A stretch of DNA of 62,183 bases, the filler included, from Gonapodya sp. JEL0774 (Eukaryota): the NCBI GenBank assembly GCA_027604505.1. It is 9 parts of 9 records of this genome, joined end to end, with 100 filler letters (N's around TTAATTAATTAA, not from the genome) between each part and the next. Parts side by side here need not be neighbours in the genome. Positions count along the whole stretch, not along the records: positions 20,859 to 27,683 come from JADIIX010000559.1; positions 27,784 to 34,604 come from JADIIX010000560.1; positions 34,705 to 41,510 come from JADIIX010000561.1; 6 more parts are not named here. One strand, given 5' to 3'. Under the pieces are notes generated by a model that worked only from the letters and a program-made list of their open reading frames with translations, was not told the origin of the DNA and searched no databases. Below are positions 25,201 to 37,637 of the stretch, piece after piece. The translations under genes and the position numbers were made by a program. Each line of letters starts with the position of its first letter. Positions within the stretch are counted from its first letter, which is position 1.

Positions 25201-26262
25201 GTGAGGTCAGAATAGTGGACGGTCGGAATCTGAGAACCATCCAAAAGAAGCACAACCCACCAACAACCTTCTGCTTCACGTCCTTCAAGTCCTCCTCCTC
25301 CAGACCAAAGTACATGGAGATGGCGGTGGACTTGATGGTGATACCACGGTCCTGCTCATCCTTACGGGTGTCCATGTAACGGGCATCGCCGGCTTTTTGC
25401 TCGGCAATAATACCGGCAGCGGAAATGAGGGAGTCGGTGAGGGTGGATTTGCCGTGGTCGACGTGCTAGATGTGGACAAATTGATCGATGAGTCAGAGAG
25501 AAAGAGACAACACATCTGACAAATCAAAAGTGAATATGGCCAATATGGTCTCCGGAAACAAGGCCATTCGTAGAACTACATGCCAGTTCCGAATGCTATG
25601 TGGATACTGAAACTTGGATCCCGAGTGTCCAAGTGCCTCAAACACTCCGAACAACCGTTCCATCCACCCAGAATGAACTAAAACAGAAATATGTGGACGG
25701 GAAGGGCAACCGATCCCTGTTCTCGCGGTCCTAGGCCCTCATTTGCAGCAGAGTCAACTCACGGCAATGACGGACATATTTCGGATGTTGGTGGGCTTGT
25801 CCATCATCTCCCTGGAAGAAAGAAAACACGGCCCGCATTAGAATGGAATGAAGAGGTTGGCAAGGCACGGGAAAGAGGGGAGCGATGTAGCTTCGCGGTT
25901 GTGACTCAGCAGCTCGTTTTCTTTTTCCGGCACCCCAAAACCACCTCCATCCCCCCAGCTGACGCTCCGACGCTCACCTCAGCTCGTCGACGGTGAAGTT
26001 GACCTGAAATTTTCATTGATGTTTCCGTTGTAGGGTGGAGTATGTCGAGTTGTGGGTTGTTTGGTAATCGTCAAACACATCACGGCAAAGAGACCACACA
26101 GGGAGACAGCGACCGGGGAGAACACAAAAAGGGACAAAGAGAACCGTCAGATAATGTTTCTTTGAGTTTAATAGCCGTGATTGGCGTCTGGCGCTGTCTG
26201 CCGTCCGCGTCCTTTTTCCGCCCGCACGCCACGTCTGCCCCATATTGCCGACCACGCACCAT
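22252..26262 (-). CDS. EFT2: Eukaryotic translation elongation factor 2 (many introns; first coding exon is ATG only)
   Basis: [58 protein letters not shown], the diphthamide loop [11 protein letters not shown], and ..RYY|DKL*. Confidence 0.98.
22479..22530. repeat. (CAAAA)n microsatellite plus poly-A inside an EF2 intron
   Basis: About eight CAAAA units followed by an A-run. Confidence 0.95.
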
Positions 26263-26896
26263 CTTTGCGAGTTCTTTTTCAGAGAAAAGGGCGGGGGGAA
26301 ACGAGTCCGAAGAAAGTTCAGACCAGGAAAACCAAAGGGGGCGAGCTGGATGCTTCGGTGCTTGCCCAGAAGCGATGGATGGTCGGCCACACTCGAGCTT
26401 TCTCGTTCAAAAGAGTCCCAGGGCTGTGCCGCGTCAGTCACCCCAAACTCGCCCACAAAATTCCATGTGGATTTTCGCGTTCGTCAACAAAATTTAATTC
26501 TTGAATTAAAATCAAAAGTAATTTGGTGTCGTGTTCTGTAATTTTCTTGGGTTCATTGCATGAGTTGGGGTGAGTGAGGTGGGGGACAGTGGATCGGCAC
26601 ATTCACACAGTGGTTCATGGCGTCATTGCTGAACCGATAGATCTTGAGCCGGCACTAAGAAAGACCACAGTGGTCCTATTGCTCTAAGCGCTCGTCTTAC
26701 AGTAACATGATGTCATGATGCAGTTACTACATCATCCACAATGCATGATCTCGAGGTATGCGTATTTCACATTAAATTATGGTACAATTACCAAACGCCT
26801 ACATACTTGGCGGAAACGGGTTGCAAGCGTTACCTGTCGGACGTCCTCACATATATACTCATCTCTAATCAATATGAAATTCACAATCACCAAAGT

Positions 26897-27683
26897 CTAG
26901 ACAACGGCCAGTGACTGCTGTGAGACCAACGTTCGGTAAAGCCCGTTCAGGGCGATCAATTGGTCGTGTGTGCCGTGCTCCGCGATGCGACCCTTGTCCA
27001 CGACGAAAATGCAGTCGCAGTCCTGAATGGTCGAAAGTCGGTGGGCGACTAAAAACGTTTCAACACAAGGAGAGAAGGTTACAAAATGATCGTTCAGATG
27101 CGCAAGAGACTGGAAAGCTTTGCTCCAGTGCTTGAGACTCACTGATGATGGTAGATCGCCCAACCACAGCATTATTCAGAGCCGCCTGAACCACCGCCTC
27201 CGACTCGGAATCCAGAGACGCAGTAGCCTCATCAAGGAGGAGAATAGATGGCGAGCGGATGATCGCACGGGCGATGGCACTGTACGCGTAAGGTACCATA
27301 TCGAGTGAGCCACGACGACGTGCACCGACCAGGTATCCAAAGGGTCTAAAGGTGAAAACACTTCGACTCACATTCTTTGCTTCTGACCGCCGGATACGCT
27401 AAACAGTTACGTGAAATCACGCGCTGGTGTCAGTCCCGTTCCGACACACATCCCGCGCATATTCCTCGGCTCCCCATCACTCAGAAAACTCACAGCACCC
27501 CTTTCTCACCAACATCCGTCTCGTAACCCTTGGGAAGCGACGCGATGAAATCGTGTATGTTGGCCAACTTGGCAGCGGCTATGATTTCTTCGGTGGTCGG
27601 GTGCCCGTCAGACTTCCCGTACGCGATGTTCTCGGCGATAGTACCAGAAAGCAGGATGGGTTCTTGGGAAACCTATTGGTAGT
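26897..27683 (-). CDS. ABCB/MDR-type ABC transporter, C-terminal nucleotide-binding domain (5' truncated)
   Basis: [38 protein letters not shown], signature VSGGQKQRI, Walker [33 protein letters not shown]. Confidence 0.95.
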
Positions 27684-27783
27684 NNNNNNNNNNNNNNNNN
27701 NNNNNNNNNNNNNNNNNNNNNNNNNNNTTAATTAATTAANNNNNNNNNNNNNNNNNNNNNNNNNNNNNNNNNNNNNNNNNNNN
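27684..27783. other. Artificial contig spacer
   Basis: N44-TTAATTAATTAA-N44. Confidence 0.99.
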
Positions 27784-30700
27784 ACCCTCGCTCTCGAAGC
27801 AGCATATCGATTTCCAATCCAAGAAGGTGCGGCGGTTCACGGATTTGAAGCCGAGATAGACGGGAAAATAATCAAGGGAGTGTGTAGGGAGCGCGGTGTC
27901 GCAGCAAGGGCGTACACCGAAGCTGTATCTGCTGGGAAGAGAGCCTTCTTACTGGAAGGGGATGACGACAACCCCAACAGTGAGACCGAATATCCAATTT
28001 CCAATATGCGTGGTGACTCACAGTGCTCTTTCTCCCACTAGTATTCCAATTGTCGGTTGGTAACATACCTCCAGGAAAATTAGCCACAGTTTCCATTTCA
28101 TATGTCCATGAATGCCCAACTAACCTGCAATCTGATGAACTGCTCTTGGCCCTCCCCGCAACTGCGCTCTCACCATCATCAAATGACAAACACACAAGGC
28201 AATCGAATACCGTGGGCGCTGGTGATGGTTACAAAATGACCATAAATGTGGATGTTCAATCGACGGCGGGGCCGGTGTCTTCAATTGATTCAACCACTCA
28301 TTTGGTGGACGTGAACATCGATATGGATAATCCCAAGCGTGCAACCGCCAGGCTGGTCCAAAACTCGGTGTACTTGGAGCACACGTTTGTGTTGGTTGTG
28401 AGGGCGCTTGGACTCACCCGACCTCGGACAGCACTCGAACTGAGTACCCGAACGGGTACGAAGCGTGCGATGCTCACTTTTGTGCCGAAATTCAGCATCA
28501 AAGAAGTTTCGACGGAGGTTCTCATTTTCGTGGATAGGTGAGATCGTGAAATCTCAAAGCCTTTCACACTCACTGATTTACTTTCCAACTGTGTAATATC
28601 TGCGATTGTTCATGCATATTCAGATCGGGATCCATGGCCCCAGTCATTGACATTGCGAAGACCACATTGGATTGCATCTTGGAGTCGATGCCGGAAACTT
28701 CAACCTTCAATGTAGTCGGGTACGGCTCGGTTTTCGTGCCATTGTTTCCTGAGGCGGTACCGGCAACACAAAGCTTTCGTGAACTTGCGCGGGAACGCAC
28801 AGTGGCGAATCTGGAAGCTGACATGGGCAGTTGTAACTTGCTCGCGGCTCTCGAGGCACTTGTAGCGCAGCCTATATCTGACGGTCGCCAACGGAGTGTG
28901 GTGGTGAGACGTTAACTGGTATTGTTTCTTGCTCCACAGTTCGTAACGATCCCATACACGGTCTCATTGCAAAGATTGTCACGAGGGGGCAGTTAATTGA
29001 CAGCAAATCCATCTTCCATCTTGTTGCGAAAACAAGCCGACTCTTAAGTACCCGCTTTTTTATACTCTCACTTGGAGAAGGCGTTTGGGGCCTCCTTTTG
29101 GGGGGACTTTCCCGGGCTGGAATGGGAATTGCAGAAGCCATTGGTTCCGATGCGGATGTCTCACCCAGGGTGGAAAAGGTCATGAAGTTGGCACTCAAAT
29201 CTTTTGCGCGGAATTTGAAGGTGAACATTGTTTTCATATCCAATTCTCCCTGTGCTTTGTGTTCAACATATGTTATCAGGTCACGTGGGGTGGCTCTAGC
29301 CCACATACAGGATCCGGCTCGTCTCCGATGTCTTTTTTCGGAGAGGACGCTGTTACGGAAAAGTCCATCCAACCCGCGCCATTCCACTCCCCTCCTCTTT
29401 ACCCCGGTCAACGCTACATCAGCTATGCGATTTTGGATTCCACGGTGCCCAATCCTACGTTCGTGGAGATATCTGGCATCGGCCCCGATGGTCCCATGGA
29501 GTTGAAAGTTGCGATTGCACCTGAAAATATCGTTGCAAACTCGTCCAAACCTCTTCTTCATGTCATGGCTGCGCGAAAACTTGTGCAAGATATTCAAGAT
29601 GGGACAAGCTGGCTGCACGTGGAACCAGGCCAAGAAATTCCCGTAGCGAAGGCAAAAGCTGAGATCGTGCGTCTAGGAACCACTTGTAAGTTTCCGGCAC
29701 ACCATTCTCTTTCATGGCGGAGATTCGTCACGACGACGATGTTTTTTTTCGCAAAGATGGTCTTGCAACTCGTTACACCTCTTATATTGCGGTACAAACT
29801 GAGGACGAGCCGGCTCCGGCGAAAATGGAGAGAACGCGAATCGAAGTTCCAAGCAATGTGAGTTTCTGTGGACGCAAAGTTCTGTTTCATACTGACCGGC
29901 GCAAAGAGCAATGCCGAGCCTGGTAGTGTCCCCGTCGTCCCGAAGCCTCCTTTGAATGTTCCGATGGTGTCGCCTCCAACACTCCCAGGCATCTCAGATG
30001 GCAGGGGACACTCCACCGGTACGTATGAAAAACCTGTGACCCTCACGAGGGTTGGTGTAGCCAACAAAGACTCACTCGATTCGCTCCCCCGTCGTCACAT
30101 CCAAAAGGCACCGGCACCGGCACCGACACCGGCACCGGCACCGGCACCGACACCGACACCGACACCGACACCGGCACAGGCACAGGCACCAACACCGGCA
30201 CAGGCACCGGCATAGGCACCGACACCGACACCGGCACCGACACCGGCACAGGCACCGGCGTGCACGAGCCAATGCTCGCTCCTGATTCGGACGGGGACTG
30301 GTGGGAGATGGTGGACAACAGTACTACGACGGTTCGGATCAGGTAGGGTTGGGCTGGAGAAAAGGGGGTGCGGGTGGGCACATTGCGCGGGGACAGACAC
30401 GAGTGATGCTGAATCGAATTTTCCTTCTTTTTCATCCTTTTTTTTTTGTGGTTGGGGGACCATTTTTTGGCCGATGGTTTTGTGGACGCCCTGGATTCCT
30501 GGTTTGACAATTGACATGGTTCCCCGACGTCGGGCGTGGGCGGTGGTTTCTCTGACCTCCCTCGGCTCGAATTCACTGCAACACCACGACAGAAAGATGA
30601 ACGCGCTCACGATCCCATCGGTGAGCCTCCTGGTTTGTTTCGTGTTGGCGATGTCAGAAAACCAATCCTCCCTTTCCTCCATATCCCCAGTTCCCCGAAC

Positions 30701-31215
30701 CCCCATACCTTGAAGTTCCTAGTGACATCCACGCCCTCCTCCAATCATGGCCCCGCCTCCGTGCTTCCAAACCTCAGGCGGTCCCCCAACCCAATCCGCG
30801 GCTATTCCGCCCGCAACTCCAGCCGATTCCACAAAAGAGACCTATGGACACACGCCTGGTGAAACAATACGTGTCCAGGCAGAATTACCGACCGACAAAT
30901 CCAGACGAACTTGCAGTGTCGATTGGAGAGCATGTGGAGGCATTTGAAGGAATAGATGCAGGACCCGGACTGGTGCGCTTACAGCGTCTCGATTCCTTTG
31001 TACATCAATTGACTATGAGCGAAAAACTTCCTAACTGAACGGACCTTTAGGTTGTCGGAACCAACCTCACCACTCACAAGGTGGGTCTCATTTCACTCGC
31101 CCACCTCGCAGATCTCCCACCTCGACACGGGGGCGGGGGTAAGTATGTCATTCCGTCGCACGGCATTACGTATGGTCAACGGCATGGGCACGGACACGCG
31201 CAAGGATATGGGTGA
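27784..31215 (+). CDS. VIT + von Willebrand A domain protein (VWA5A-like) with probable C-terminal SH3-like exons; 5' truncated, 3' exon joins uncertain
   Basis: The VIT domain reads [33 protein letters not shown]. The vWA domain has [20 protein letters not shown] and ADMGS. The SH3-like part is [37 protein letters not shown]. Confidence 0.75.
30108..30258. repeat. Degenerate hexamer tandem repeat (GCACCG/ACACCG/GCACAG)
   Basis: About 25 units. It reads as (AP/TP/AQ)n with one TAG at 30213-30215. Confidence 0.95.
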
Positions 31216-33475
31216 GTTCTTCGTCTCGAGACATTTACGCGTTTATTGTTGGATGTATTGTAATTGTGTATTCTTGTTCGTTTGTTCTTTCATGGATGTC
31301 TTTGGACGCGCGGTAATCTCTATGTACCGGAGCGCAGTTCGAGTACCGCTGAGAACGATGGTTCCGGTCTCTGACGTGGTCGTGACGAGATGGGGCTCGA
31401 CGACGAACAGGGGGAAAGGACTGTCAGTTAGACGAGGATTCAAAGTATCGTACAAATTGACTCTGCCCCCAAGGTCAATCATCGGGATGCAGGTAGCCGC
31501 CGAACATAAACATAGCATAACCGTGCTTGGTACATAAGTTCTCTTGAGTCATTAAGCCCAGTCGATGCCGTCTTTCTCTAGAGTGTCGATCCTCTTGATG
31601 TGTGCCACAGCGGATTCAGTGCAAGGGGAACCATGTCACCTTCCTCTCAACCACACTCCCATCATGCGCACATGATCCAATGGAAAGACATCATTGGGTA
31701 TACCGTTCCACACACGATCTACGGGCGGCAGTTTCAAGAGCGCAGTAACCGACACCGCAGATGACGGAGAACAGACCGTATCGGCGTCGTCGGTACCCAC
31801 CACTTCCTCGCCGCCTCGTGAGCTCGTCGACAACAAATCGCATGATACTAGTCGGGACTCGGGCACAGTCGAGGTACGCATCGCTATTTCAAGTATCCAG
31901 CGGCGGTGAAACCCACTTCAATGATACTCGTACCAGGCGATATGCCCCACCAGAGCTCTAGCTAACGCATCCTCCACCGCACCACCCACCTTCGCTCGCG
32001 GCGTCCTCGTCTGCTTTTGGGCGTCTCCCTCGTCTCCGCTGCACCGCTTACCGACGCCGCCATCCTCGCCCTGGAGATGAAATCCATTTTGGCGTTCCTG
32101 CGCCCCGGCTTGGTCCTTGGCGCCGTGTACCGCTCCGAACCCCCGACCCCACACGCGATCATTGAAGCAAACCCGCACCAGCACGCCGAGGCGTGGAATG
32201 CCCCCGAGAACGATTTCTTGTCCGCGATGTTTTGGATGATCGGAACACCTGCGAAGTGGTGGCGGGAGCACCGGGGGTGCCTCCCTACCCGCAGAACTTG
32301 GTAGAGGGAAGACGATCACGCGGAGATCGAGGTTCGTGGTGACGACGGGGGACGGGGGGTTTATGGTGAGGTGACGTGAGGTGGAGTGCGGAGGTCGGGC
32401 CAGGCGCCATGGGGCTGACGATTCTCGCACTCCCTTGCGCACCAAACACCACACAGCCCGCCCCGCCCATCCAGTATCCCTAATGTGGCTCGTCTGGTTT
32501 TCTGTTGTTCACTGCTCACCGCTATAGATGCCCAAACCGACACGTCTACCTTCGATCGCGATCACGACCAAGACCTCACCCGGCTTCGCCATCCATCCCC
32601 TGGCCGCCTCCCTCCACGTGCACCGCCACCGCCACTGCCCCGGCCCTCCCCCGTCCCGTCCACCGAACGCCCTCTGCTATCCCCACCCTCGCCGCCCTCC
32701 TTCCACATCGACGTCAACCACCGCAGCACTCCCACCCCCCCGTTCCCCCCACCCTCCGCGACGGATCCGACGGTCGGAGCACGGTCGAGGACACCAAGGC
32801 CGGATGTGTCTACTAGGTGGGAGATGCACTGGGCGTGAGGGTGGAGAGTCGTGGAGGAATTTGGCAAGGTGCTCAGGAGGGGGATAGACGGGCGGGGGTT
32901 GGCGCAAAGGAGTGAGGTCTCGGGCTGATGCGGTTGGGTGACTGGGTGACTAGGTGGAGGGATGGGGAGAGGCGTTCTCCAGTGACCAGCGATGTAGTAT
33001 GTACTTGGGCAATGCCGCCCACCCTCAAGCTCTCTTCTTTCTATTTGTGCTTTTTTATTGAACAAATTTTTATAATATAATTGTATCGCTGGAATCGATT
33101 TGCGGCACAGGCCTTGAGAGGAAGTGTTGAGCGGAGGGGAGAGGAGGGGAGAGGAGGGTAGGACAAACACACCAAGAAATCAATATGAAACGGAAACGGA
33201 ATTTATGTATTGGGAGGGATTCCAATAAATGAGGCGGCTGCCAAAGCGTATCCAAAACCAGTGTTCCACAAGATACCAGTCCTGTCTGCAGCATAACTGT
33301 GTTTCATTGCCAGGTTCAGACAACACAGAGCTCTTCACTCAAATCAATTGAAACTCGTACTTATTTGTTTTGCTTGATTTTTCATACTAATGCGAGAACT
33401 GAATCAGCTGAAACCAATGATGCAATGGAAACCACATGCCAACGGACCAGCAATACAACAGTAACCATGTACGTA

Positions 33476-34335
33476 GGGTGTGTACAGTCGGCACATAATT
33501 TTGCACAATAATAATAAGTAGTTTTGTGCACCAAAAAATAGTTTTCACACAATTCTGGATTATGTGCAAGTGTTCGGCACTCGTTTTCCCACAAACCAAA
33601 AACTAGTTGTTGCCTGCTACAAAAATAATCACCCTCAGGGTTAGTTTTTTGACTGTCCAAAACTCATAATCCTGAAATTCACAGCAACTTCCCCCACCCA
33701 CTGGGCCCTAAATGACGCAAAACTGGGAAGGAGAAGGAGAAGTATGCAGAGGAATCTGAGGAGACTGTCCAGTAGAAGTGCCAGGATAGGGTAAGACAGA
33801 GTGTTGGAATTGGGTCCTCAGAGCCTGCATGGAGACTCCTTGTCCCAAATACATCATCAGCATTGCCATCTGCTGCTCTACGCTGACCTCTGCTGTATCA
33901 ATCAGTTCCCGTCACAAGCAAATCTGCCGGTAGAGGTCTAGGAAGACTGTTCACGGCATCCTCAGATTGTCCAGGACCATCTCATCATGGCCACACTGAA
34001 TTTCTTGAGTCCGCACCTCGCCCTGAAACGCACTATTGGTCATTGGGCGCAGGACTCGGCGAGAATGGGGAATCAAAAAAGAGGAAGCAGCGGCGACGAC
34101 CACAACGAAGGCCGCACCAGTTGCCGCGTCCATCTGAGTCCTGCTTTCCACCTGATCGTTTGATTCCACGTCCGTATTTTCCGCCATGATGCCAATCTGC
34201 GATGTGGGAGATGCAGGGTTTCTCAAGGGATTATGGGCAGCGTGTTCAGCACTTGCTTGACCAAAAACTAGTAATTTACAAGGAACTCATACACACACCC
34301 CCAATAACGAATACTTCACAAAGAATTACTTTTTA
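33476..34335. mobile_element. Old, internally deleted PIF/Harbinger element
   Basis: Starts GGGTGTGTAC and has a decayed ORF1 start at about 33700 on the + strand, facing a convergent transposase N-terminal remnant on the - strand. Confidence 0.75.
33790..34190 (-). pseudogene. Harbinger transposase N-terminal remnant
   Basis: RPMTNSAFQGEVRTQEIQCGH..DNLRMP*TVFLDL..CL*RELID..VSVEQQMAMLMMYLGQGVS..QFQHS, with in-frame TGA stops at 33951 and 33912. Confidence 0.8.
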
Positions 34336-34604
34336 GGGCGTGTACGGCCAGCACATTATTGTGCACGATAAGTAGTTATGTGCACCAATAAATAGTTTCT
34401 GCGCGGATTTGGATTATGTGGGTGTGTTCGGCACCCGTTTCCCAGAAACAAATTACTAGTTGTTGCTCCCCAAAAAAATAACTACCTTCGGGGCTCGTTT
34501 TTCAACTGTCACAAACTCGTACTTTCAGCATACACACCAATTCCTCAACGCAATGGGACCGAAAGAACGCGAAACCGGCAAGGCTAAGGCAGAAGATACA
34601 GAGG
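34336..34604 (+). mobile_element. Left end of a younger, related PIF/Harbinger element (cut by the contig edge)
   Basis: The terminus is TTA|GGGCGTGTAC. About 260 bp is colinear with 33476-33740, and the ORF1 start MGPKERETGKAK is intact at 34553. Confidence 0.75.
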
Positions 34605-34704
34605 NNNNNNNNNNNNNNNNNNNNNNNNNNNNNNNNNNNNNNNNNNNNTTAATTAATTAANNNNNNNNNNNNNNNNNNNNNNNNNNNNNNNNNNNNNNNN
34701 NNNN
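34605..34704. other. Artificial contig spacer
   Basis: N44-TTAATTAATTAA-N44. Confidence 0.99.
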
Positions 34705-35946
34705 GAATTACTCGGGGGTGGAATCAAGCAACTCATGTTCGCAGGTCCAGTAGCAGAATTGAAGAAAACAGAAAACGCTCAACCAGGTGAGCTTTGCTTA
34801 TTACTGCTGTCGGCGTGGTCCTCACAGTTCCAAGGACTCTTCTGTGGTATCATGCCGATTGGGAGCTATCCTCGCCTGCTCAATCGCAACCCTACGCGCG
34901 CTTGAGAATGAGTACGGATTTGACGTCTCACGCGAAAGCAAATTTATTATGGGCCACAGTCTTGGAGAGTAGTGAGTATCCTGGGCGGATGTGACACATT
35001 CATTTCAGTGTCCCACCTGTGTTATCCCTCCAAGCACCGCCCTGGTGGCCGCAAAGTCTATTTCCTTCTCTTCCGCCCTCCGTCTTGTCCGTGCGCGTGG
35101 ACTCGCCATGTCTCGTTGTGTTGGCCAACTTCCGGTCGAAAGCCACGTCATGGTAGCAGTTGTTGTGCACCTATCACCCGAAGTTGAAAACGATGATAGG
35201 TCGCATGCAACTGATGCGGATGAAAGGGCGGAGGAAGCTGAATCGAAGTTGAGAGAGATTGAAGAATGTCTGGCTGGGGAGGAAGTGCAGCAGGCCCTGG
35301 AATCTGGAGAAGTGGTTGAGATATCAAATATCAACAGGTGCTTTGGTCACTTGATATGCTTCCATTTCAACCCAGCTTATAGTCCTTTTGCATCCCAACG
35401 TAGCTCCTACCAACTTGTCCTCTCTGGCACCCGGCGTGCCGTATCTCACGCTTGCACCGTTCTTCACCGACGCGATCTCGCGCATCGTGCTTCCGATTTA
35501 CCGGTGTCGGCCCCTTTTCATTCCTCACTACTTGCGTCCGCCGCTCGGGAGCTTCGTCCCCTACTGGCCGAGACCGAATTCGAAATGCCGTCGGTACCTT
35601 TTGTTTCTAATGTCACCGCCCGACCTGTTCAAACCGCGAGTGAGATTCCAAAGCTTCTGGAGAGGCAGGTGACGTCGACAGTACAGTGGCACAGGAGTGT
35701 GCGGTGGGTAAGGCGGGAAGGCGGAGTTGGAAGGTGGCTCAATTTCGGACCCGGCAGAGTGTTAGCCAATCTCATTAGAAAGGAATTTGGAAGCGACATA
35801 GTGAGGTGGGTTTTCAGGCCACATTATCATATTGATAGGCCGCGATGATGATCTCATAATAGGTGGCTTCATTCCATTCCCATCCCAGGCCCATAGTGAC
35901 ATTCAACGATGTGAAGGCGTACGGTGAAGAGCTCACAAGGCGGTAA
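34705..35946 (+). CDS. MCT1: Malonyl-CoA:ACP transacylase (FabD/MCT1-like), 5' truncated
   Basis: LKKTENAQP|AI, the GHSLGE catalytic Ser motif, RLVRARG, QLVLSG, LPVSAPFHS, QVTSTVQW, FGPGRVL. Confidence 0.93.
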
Positions 35947-36064
35947 TCAAGACCGGATTGGGAAGTTCACGTTCCGGGTTGTTCCGTTCATTTGTCGAAT
36001 ATACTTTGTTAGCACAATACAATTGGTTTCGGCGTACGATGCTCCGAACAATCATAAGCTGAAG

Positions 36065-37637
36065 CTAGCTCTTGTCAACTTTTGTTTCTATTCGACTCGC
36101 AGACCCTTCAATTTTGGCGTCGGCCTTGGGGTTTGTGTATGGCCCTCCAACCGCCACACTGGGCTTCCACTCCATCATTCTGGAACCGTCCATGAACTTC
36201 TTAACCACGTCATCTGTCACATTTTTTCTCCGTTCTTGGAATTCCGCCACGACCTTGCCGACCTCGTCCGCGCAAAGCTTCTTGAGCTCCCCGGTGAGCA
36301 TTGAACCCGAGCGATACTCGGCGCCGATCCTTTCCAGCTCCGCGTCGTCGTCCAGGAAGAAACGCAGGTACTGGTAGGAAACGTCCACCGTTGTGTCACC
36401 TCCAAGTTTCCGGTGCGTCTCGATGTCGTCTTTCCCCCCGCTGAACGCAAACCGATTGATCTTCTTCCGGATTTGAGCGGGGGTATCGGTAAGAAGGATT
36501 GTGGAGTCAGTCTTTGATGATGACATTTTAGTAGCGGAGCCTTGTAGGGACGGAAGGAAGCGAGCGTGGAGGAGGGCAGGTTTGGGATACTTGAGTCTTC
36601 GTGCAACGTCACGAGTTATGCGAAAGTATGGGTCCTAGAATCGTGGAACAATAACGGCGCAGTCAGAATCTGTACACGTGGCTCGGGTACTGGGGAGATC
36701 GTCGATTGCACTTACTTGGTCAATGGCGCACGGAATCAGACATGGAATATCACTCTTACCCCCAAATATATTCGGGAACGAGTTGCTGAACGACGGCGCA
36801 GCCTGTACAGCGACGAAGTGCCACATCCCAACATTATCGCTCTCCTGGAAACCGAAAGTCGCCTTGGCCGTTGAGGCGGTGATGCATTTGGCGATGCGTA
36901 CAACGTTGTGGTAAAATGCACCGCTACAGTGGGTGATGCGAGAACTCTAGCTTTGGCACTGCGATACAACGACTAACAGTGTCAAGTTCTCACCCAACAA
37001 AATCAAGGTTGGAAAAGATCAAAGTAAGCTCTGGGTCAAATCCAGCCGCGATAATATCTTTTGTATTTTCAAATGAGTACTTGTGGGCTTCTTCGAGTTT
37101 CAATTCCTGCTTGAAGAGAAACTTCTCGTCGTCGGTGAGTTGAATCACGATAGGACATCGGAAGACGTCTTGGAGCCACCTATGAAGTCAACGAATCGGT
37201 GGATTCATTCCATGGGCTCAAGAACGGCGGCGTCGGAGTTCATTCTTTGGGACCCACTTGCAAAAGATGAAAGGAACGAGATGTCCAAGGTGCATCGAAC
37301 TCGCGGAGGGACCGCGTCCCGTGTACAAGAAAAATGGTTTGCCCTGTTCGAATCTCGTCAAGATATCGTCCAACTCGCGATGGGAAAAGAAGAGTCCACG
37401 TCTGAGAAAAGGGTGAACTGGCCGTCCAATGGCACGTTCGAAGCGCGCGAGAAGCTCTGGTTCTATCTTTCGAGTACCAAACTGCTGAATCAGCTTATCA
37501 TAGTCAATGGCAGCCAGAGTTCCGTCCTCATTCACAGCCCCCTGTACATCCCACGGTGTGACAACTTGCTCTGCTTGGCCGGAAGATACCGGTGCTGCCG
37601 ACGCAGGAGTCGCACTTTGTGAGGGCTGATCCGACAT
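36065..37637 (-). CDS. WRS1: Cytosolic tryptophanyl-tRNA synthetase
   Basis: [56 protein letters not shown]. Confidence 0.97.

Noticed and set aside
22953..25204. Long plus-strand ORFs (266 aa, 176 aa and others)
   Set aside because: They are antisense shadows of the strongly codon-biased EF2 exons.
30072..30272. Cys-Arg repeat or Gly-Ala/Val repeat proteins on the minus strand
   Set aside because: They are alternative-frame readings of the hexamer tandem repeat.
31636..32890. Possible gene between the vWA gene and the Harbinger elements
   Set aside because: Exon-like pieces exist, but I could not build a consistent model or recognise a domain.
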